A stretch of DNA of 64,000 nucleotides from the human T2T-CHM13v2.0 reference genome, Homo sapiens. A program made the translations under genes and the position numbers. Under the pieces are notes generated by a model. The model saw only the letters and a program-made list of their open reading frames with translations. It searched no databases and had not been told where the DNA came from. Below, one piece after another: positions 56,221-64,000 of this stretch. The stretch's first letter is position 1. The number at the start of each line of letters is the position of its first letter. The DNA lies in assembly GCF_009914755.1 (NCBI RefSeq), contig NC_060926.1; one strand, written 5' to 3'.

Positions 56221-57074
56221 CATTTGCAGAAAAACATCCATTTGCTTCAACATTTGATAAACTTGGAAAATATTGGCAAGCCTGGAAAATTGGAAAACAA
56301 ACTTACATCCTTTGTAGGACATGTTTGGCTCAGGCCAACAATGTTTTGAGATGTTTTCAGGAAGGCTTTTCTGTAGCAGACGGAATGTGGTTTTATAGCT
56401 TGATCCAAGGTTTAAGAATAACATTTAATCCCAACTTCTGCTTCCGAATGCTGTCAATTTGGAAAATGAGAGCAGATGTTGACAAAGATATATTTGCTAG
56501 TCTGATGCCTCAGCAAACACTCGCTGAAGGAAAGACAATGTGAGACTAGACTGATTAAATATTCTCTCTTAAATTTATTTTGCCAATCCTTTTAGCAGTA
56601 TCCTCTAGAGACAACATCTCTAAGATGATGAATACAAAAAGATGTCATTAAAACTCAACATAGTTTCCATCTTTAATACCTGAGCTTCGAACATAAGAAA
56701 CCTATATTAAAGAGAATATTTCTGGATGTTTCCATTTGAAATGTAAAAAAATGTCTGCTTATTCTCTGGTGATTCCTGACTTCAAGATTTCTCCTTTATA
56801 AATGTATTGAGTCCACTCTAGTTGCAGTTCAAAGAGCTAATTACTAGATGTCTGAATAAAATATATGTTGATATCCTTTAAAAAAACAAGTTTCAGGAAT
56901 TCTCATGACTTTCATTTATGCAGAACTCCCATTTAGTCTGAATTTATATATTTTTTATAATATAGTATTTGGATTTTGTAAAATACAGACTGCCTGTAGA
57001 AGAGCAGTGGAAGTCTTCAGCAAACTAAAAATGAAAAAAAAATATGCTACTTAATACTATTGTTTCAAAATCAG

Positions 57075-57255
57075 CAATGATTTATTGAGCTGATGTATGT
57101 TCAACATTCCCTATCACATTGTTTTATTTAATCTTCATGACCATCCTGTGGGCTGCTTTTATATAACATGGAGGCTCCAATGGGTTAAATAATTTGACCA
57201 CTTCCTCAGAGACAGTAGCTGGCTGATTTACAGTGTGGACCCTGGCATATTGACC
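57075..57255 (-). mobile_element. MIR
   Basis: 'atttattgagc...tttaatcttcatgaccatcctgtg...gaggctccaatgggttaaataatttgacc'. Confidence 0.7.
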
Positions 57256-57459
57256 ACTACTGTTCCTTCCTTCAACCTCTGTCATGTTAGGTATAGAAAT
57301 AATAATATTGACCCCAATATTTTATTATTTAATCCTTACCAGAGATGTATTAATTCACCTATAACTAACTATATAGTCATTGATATGAGCACTGAAGAAT
57401 TAACTTCGTGTTAAGTGGTTTTATGTTAAATTTTCTTTTTTTTCCCTAATTTCATCAAG

Positions 57460-57635
57460 TAGTGGAAAGACCTTAAGCCAGAGAACTCCAGGTTCAAGAA
57501 CCACCACCTGCAAACTTGGCAAATTTGGACAAATGTCTCTCTGAGTTTCATTGTCTTCATCCACAAATAAAGCAAGATTACTTCGCCTACAGAATTGCGG
57601 TAAGGATCAAATGGAGTAAGATATTACATGAGTGT
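57460..57635 (+). mobile_element. MIR
   Basis: 'ccaggttcaag...tctctctgagtttcattgtcttcatccacaaa...ttgcggtaaggatcaaatg'. Confidence 0.7.
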
Positions 57636-58823
57636 TAGATTCCCTTCCTTTCCTAAAGATCTTAGAAGGTAGCACTACTTTGGATACACTATTGTTTTGG
57701 AAAATTTCAGCAAATATTTAATGGTAAAAGGAATCTTTGACAAAATTATCCCATACTAGCCACAATAATATTTTAGAAACATTTAATTTATGATAGAGTT
57801 AATTCTACACTAGCAGGGGTTGTAATGCTTTTTAACTCCTGGTTAACCTCCACAGAAATTATGACCAGACCATGAGGGTATGAAGGATGAGGAAAAGGGA
57901 GCAGTCATGGAGCTGTTTTGGAGGGAGTCATAATTCCTTAGACCTCTGACAACTGGAACTCTCAATCTGCCAGTGAAAGCTGACATGAGCCCAATAAGGA
58001 TGGTCTTTTCTATTCAAAGATAGGTCCGTACTATTTCCAATTTAGTTTTAAGAATCAACTTAAAATGTTGTTAACTATACATATATTTCACTTTTGAAAG
58101 AAAATATTAGCTTGTCATCAAACAGGATAAACCAAGAGACATCAGTCTTTTTGACTGATATGAATCACATTTAGCTAAATACACCAGTTAGCAATATCTG
58201 TCCTTAAGATTGACAGTCTTAAATATAACACTTTAATAAAGCTCTTACTTTTCTATTTGTTTCTTTCTATTCTATCATTATAGTTCTTGCTAAGTATTAG
58301 TGTTACTATATCATGACCACTTAATATTTTACATCGGAAGTTTTACAACATTTCACTGACTTTACTTTTTTATAATAATTTGCGACTATTGGGCTGTCTT
58401 GATTTTCTTCACTGTATTTTTTTTTTGCAGTCACTCAAATCTAACTTGCTTTAAATATTCAAATGAGTGAATTAAAAAGGAAGGCTTTCTGTGTTTTGGA
58501 TTTTATTTTCTCCTGTTTTGCACTATTACTCCATATCAGGCTGCCTGTGGAATAGTTTTTTGTTTTTTGTTTTTTGTTTGTTTGCAGTTGGGGTGCATTT
58601 TTGTTTTGTTTTTGTTGTTGTTGCTTGTTGGCTGTTTTGACTGTGTGGTTTTTAGGGGCAACTTTTTCAGGCAAGAGTCTATGACCAGTGCTACTTAGCA
58701 TCTCCTGAGAATGGACACTGAATTGTAACTGTACCACTCTTATTAGACAATTAATTTTTCAAATTATTTAATAAACTCTCCCTTTCAATGGTTTGACAAA
58801 CTTGAGTTAAAACTAGTAGTATG

Positions 58824-59365
<542 letters not shown>

Positions 59366-59637
59366 ATAAACCAAACAAATTTTAAAATGCATATGATTTT
59401 TATAGATTCTGTTTAAATAAATGTTGGTGTAATATCTTTGAAAATGTTTCAAAAAGTTTCAATGTATTTAAAGCAAAGTATTTTAAAATTATGTCTTCAA
59501 TTAAAAAAAATTCTAAATGTAAGCTGCTGTCTAACACAAGCATGCTTAAATTTACTGAACATGACCTATGTTGATTTGGGGAGGTATCCAGATGTTCAGT
59601 ATTTTAAGCTGCATGATTTAAAAATAAATAAATAAGA

Positions 59638-62600
59638 AGAGGGGTATCATCAGCAACATGGTGGAATAGGAGTTTCCCTTCACAAAAATATCCATTTGAA
59701 CAACCATCCGCACCAGAAAATACCTTACCATGCTCTAAGGAATGCAGGTGAAAGATTACAGCACTTGAGCGAAGCACGAGAATAAGAAAAGATGCACAGC
59801 AGATGGTAAGGAGGACAGTTTTATATTACCTGCATCAACCTTCCCCGAAAACCATGCAGCACAACATGGAGAATGATACCTTTAGCATGTGGGGAGAAGA
59901 ATGGATCGAGCAATGAGTTCATAGTGAACCCCAGTATCAGGCCTTCTCCAGTTAACCCTGGTGCCAGGCTAGGCCCTGCAGACCCAAGCAGTAGGCCTGC
60001 CCTAGTTTCAAGCTGGCCTGGGCAGTCCCAGTCTCCAGGCTGGCACATGTGGATTTAGGATCCATGTGTAGGATATCCTCCATGGATTCAGATCCCAGGT
60101 CAGTGCCCACAGACCCAGAACTCAAGCTCACTCCCCAGACTCAGGCTCCAGACTCACCTTAGTGTCAAGCTGGCTCCTGCAGACCCAGGTTCTAGGCTGG
60201 CACCATGAACCCAGGCTCTAGGCCCACTCCAGTGCAACACCAGACTCAGTGGCTCCAGGCTCTAGGCTGGCTCCTATAGCCCCAGGATCCAGGACCAACC
60301 CGGTGCCAGGCCAGCCTCTGTGGCCCTGAGCACCAGGCTGGCATCCACGAATTCAGGCTTGAGGCTGCTACTCATGGATCTTGGACCCAGGTCCACACAC
60401 ATAATCACAGACATCAGGCCCATCCCTCTGTATTCAGGTGCCAGCACTACCGCAGTAGACTGCAGTGCCTGGCTAGTTCCACAGACTCATGATCAAGTCT
60501 TTCCCATGGATCAAGGCAGCAGGCCTGGCCCAGGACCAGCCCGGCCCCCACTGACTCAGACTCAAGGCCCAGATAACATCAGTTCAGATGCTATATACTC
60601 AGTTTCCAGGTCCATCTCAGTAGACCCTGGTGTCAGGCTGGCATCCACAGACCCACAGACTCACAGGCTCCAGGACCACCCACAATGACCCTAGTTCCAG
60701 GCCTACTCCAGTGAACCAAGGCTCCAGGCCCACGTGCTTGCTGACCTTGGCACCAGGCCAGCCACCTAAGGACTCCAGCAGCAAGGTTATCTGCAGATAC
60801 TTCAGCCTATCTACCTAGACTCTTTGGAAAGGCTGACTGGTGAAGTGCTTTCTTTGCCAAATACAATATGTAAAGAGTAGAGGAGGACCCTAATTCTTCA
60901 AATGATAAGATACCAAGGGGAGACCAAAAGGATTGCTTATAATCATGGAATCATGACACCAACAAAGAAAAAAAAATAAAGCATCCATAGCCTATCCTAA
61001 AGAAATGAAAATCCATGAACTGTGTGGCAATAATTAAAAATACAAACAGTCTCTGATTTATGATGGTTGACTTATGACTTTTTTACTTTACAATTGATTG
61101 AGATATTAAATGCAGTTTTGACTTATGATAGTTTTACCAGGACATAACCCCATCATAAGTTGAGAACCATCTGTAATCATTTTGAAGAAGTTCAATAAGC
61201 TACAAGAGAACACCACTACCTGAAATAAAAATCAGGAGAACAATAAAAAACAAAATTAAAAGTTCAACAAAGAGACAGGAACCATATAAAAGAACCAATC
61301 AAAAATTCTGGAGCTGAAGAACACAATAGATAAGATTTAAAATTCTTTAAAGAGCTTCAGTAGGAGACTTGATAAAGCAGAAGAAAGAATTAGCAAACTC
61401 AAAGACAGGTCATTTGAAATGACCTAATTGGAGAAACAAAAATAAAAAGAAATAAAGAAAAAGAGGGAAGAAAGCCTGCAGGGCTATGGGAGACCATCAA
61501 GTGAACCAATTATGTATTATTTAAGTCCAAGAAGAAACAAACTAAAAAAAAGAAATAGGCAGAGGGATTCTTAAAAGAAATAATGACAGAAAACTCTAAA
61601 TATGGAGAAGGAGATGAATATCTACATTCATAAAATGTAAATTACCCCAAATAGATCAAACATAAAGAGATCGTCACTGAGACATATTACAGTCAAATTC
61701 TCAAAAGTCAAAGACAAACAGAGGATTATAAATTAGCAATAGAAAAGCAACCTATAACATACAAGGAAACCACAATAAGACTATCAGAAGATTTCTCAGC
61801 AGAAACCTTGATGCCAGAAGATGATGGGATGATATAGTCAGGTACTGGTTAAAAAAAAAAAAAAAAAAAAAAAATCCAAAACTGTCAACTGAGAATACTG
61901 TACCTAGCAAAGGTTTCCTCAAAAATGAGAGATACTTTCCCAAACAAAGACTGAGGGAGTTAATCACTATAGTTGCCTTACAAAAATGCTAAAGTGACTT
62001 CTTCAAGTTAAAACAAAAGCAAACTAACAACATGAAAATATTAAACTCACAGTAAATAAGAACATAATCAAATTCAGAATATTCTAATACTGTGATGGTG
62101 GTGTGTAGATCATGTTTGACTTTAATATAAAAGTTAAAAGACAAGACTATTAAAATTAATATGGCCATCATCATTTGCTAATAGATATACAATATCTATT
62201 GAAGCATCTAAGTATATAAAGCAAAAATTGATATAACTGAAGGGAGAAGTAAACAGCAATACAATAATAGTAGAAGACTTTAATAACCCACTTTCAACAA
62301 TAAACAGATCATCCAGGTAGAAAAATCAATAAGTAAACATTGGACTTGAACAACACTATAGACCAAATGAACCTAACGGACGTATATAAACCATTCCATT
62401 CAACCACAGCGGAATACATGTTCTTCTCTAGCACACATAGAATGTTATCCAGGATCATAGATTAGGCCACAAAACAAGATTTACCAAATTCAAGAAGGTT
62501 GAAATCATGTCTAGGATCTTTCATGAACAGAATGGTATGAAATTAGAAAACAATAACAGGAAGAAAATTAGAAAACTTAAAAAAAATGTTGGAATTAAAC

Positions 62601-64000
62601 AACATACCCCTGAATATCCAATAAATCAGAGAAGAAAGCAAAAGAGAAAAATATCTTGAGACAAAAATGAAACACAACATATCAAATCTTATGGGATATA
62701 GCAAAACCAGTTCTAAGAGGTAATTTTATAGCAATGAACACCTATATTAAGAAAAGATCTCAAATAAGCAACCTAACTTTACACCTTAAGGAACTAGAAG
62801 AAAACACCAAAACAAAATTAAGCCAAACATTAACAGAAAAAAATCAAACTATATTAGAACAGAGATAAAATAAAGACTAGAGAACAATAGATAAGATCAA
62901 TAAAAATAGGAGTTGTTTTTTTAAGAAGATAAACAACATTGACAAAACTTTAACTAGATTATCTAAGAAAAAAGAGATGACTTAAATAAAATCATAAATG
63001 AAAAAGGAAGCATAACCACTGATATCACAGGAATATAAAGAATTACAGGATACTATTTGTATAATAATTCACCAACAAATTGGATAACCGAGAAGAAATG
63101 GATAAGTTTCTAGAAAGACACACCTACTAAGACTGAATCATAAAGAAAAAGAAAATTAAAACAGAATAATAACTAATCAGAAGAAATAAAGTTGAAGCAG
63201 TAATCACAAATCTCTCATCAAAGAAAAATGCAGACACTAATGGCTTCTCTGGTGAATTCTACCAAACCTCTGAAAAAAATTAATACTAATTCTTCTCAAA
63301 CTCTTCCAAAAAATTAAAGAGAAAACACTTACAAACTCATTTTACAAGGTCAGCACTATCCTGATACCAAAGCCAGGCAAGGACACTACAAGAAAAAGAT
63401 TATAAGCCAATATCCCCAATAAACATAGATGCAAAAATCCTCACCAAAATACTAGCAAACTGAATGGAACAGCACATTAAGAGGATCATTCATCATAGGA
63501 AAGTGAGATTTACACTTGGGAGGAAAGGACGGCTCAACATACACAAATCAAAAATTGTGATACACTTCATTAACAGAATGAAGGATAAAAATCATATGAT
63601 CATCTTAATATATGCATAAAAGGCATTTGACACAATTCACAACTCTTTCATAATAAAAACTCAACAAATTAGATAAAGAAAAAATGTATTTCAACATTAA
63701 AAAGGCCATATATAACATATCCACAGTTGAAATCATACTCAATGGCGAAATGCTGAAAACTTTTTCTCTAAGACCAGGATGCCCATTCTCACCACTTGGT
63801 ATTCAACATAGTACTTGAAATCTTAGCTGAAAATATTAGGCAAGGAAAAGAAATAAAAAGCATCTTCATTTGAAGGGAAGAAGTTAAATTGTCTCTACTC
63901 GCAGATGGCATTATCTTATATAAAGAACACCCTAAAGACTATACCAACAAATCTGTTAAAACCTAATTTAGTGAAGTTTCAGAATAAAAAAGTCAACAGA
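59638..64000 (+). mobile_element. 5'-intact old L1 (L1MA/MB-age): 5' UTR with internal tandem array, ORF1, partial EN and RT; non-coding; runs off the window
   Basis: 5' end 'gggg...aacatggtggaatagg'. ORF1 motifs 'aattctggagctgaagaacac' and 'gatttctcagcagaaacc'. EN 'caatacaataatagtagaagactttaa' (NTIIVxDFN). RT 'aatcatatgatcatc...aggcatttgac' (NHMII..KAFD), 'ggatgcccattctcacca' (GCPxSP), 'ctcgcagatggcatt' (decayed FADD). Many stops and frameshifts. Confidence 0.95.
61043..61173 (-). mobile_element. MER47-type (Tigger) MITE, internally deleted, nested in L1 ORF1
   Basis: Termini 'caaacagtctctgatttatgatgg' and 'ccatcataagttgagaaccatctg'; TA TSD at 61041-42 and 61174-75; L1 ORF1 resumes across it. 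Confidence 0.85.

Noticed and set aside
60320-60688. 122-aa ORF in the GC-rich block
   Set aside because: It is a frame through the L1 5' UTR tandem array.
60900-64000. L1 ORF1/ORF2 as active coding sequence
   Set aside because: There are many stops and frameshifts, a MITE insertion, an EN deletion and a mutated catalytic FADD.

Overview
AT-rich, CpG-poor primate genomic DNA (AluJ, AluS and AluY are all present, so catarrhine and probably human or ape). It reads as intronic or intergenic. I find no convincing long protein-coding ORF; the ORF track is explained by Alu, L1, microsatellite and chance frames. Much of the window is transposon-derived: ten Alus, old L1 fragments, the 5' 4.4 kb of a 5'-intact L1M element with a MER47-type MITE nested in ORF1, L2, MIR, MER2, MER102, an ERV1 solo LTR, MaLR/ERVL LTRs and a decayed class-III ERV gag-like stretch. 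Four things stand out. (1) A perfect (AAAAG)70 tract forms the tail of an AluS at 25.56-25.91 kb. (2) Three independent short-range templated copies occur, each 1.6-2.5 kb from its partner; the clearest is a 199-bp insertion flanked by a 115-bp direct duplication next to the AAAAG tract. (3) A minisatellite is built from 22-bp perfect palindromes. (4) A TE-poor segment at about 41.2-42.2 kb has an RFX X-box and a candidate minus-strand first exon (MEDRALLTSE|gtaaat). I cannot name the locus or host gene. Repeat subfamily calls come from remembered consensus sequences and need RepeatMasker/Dfam confirmation. I see no evidence of a new multi-gene system.
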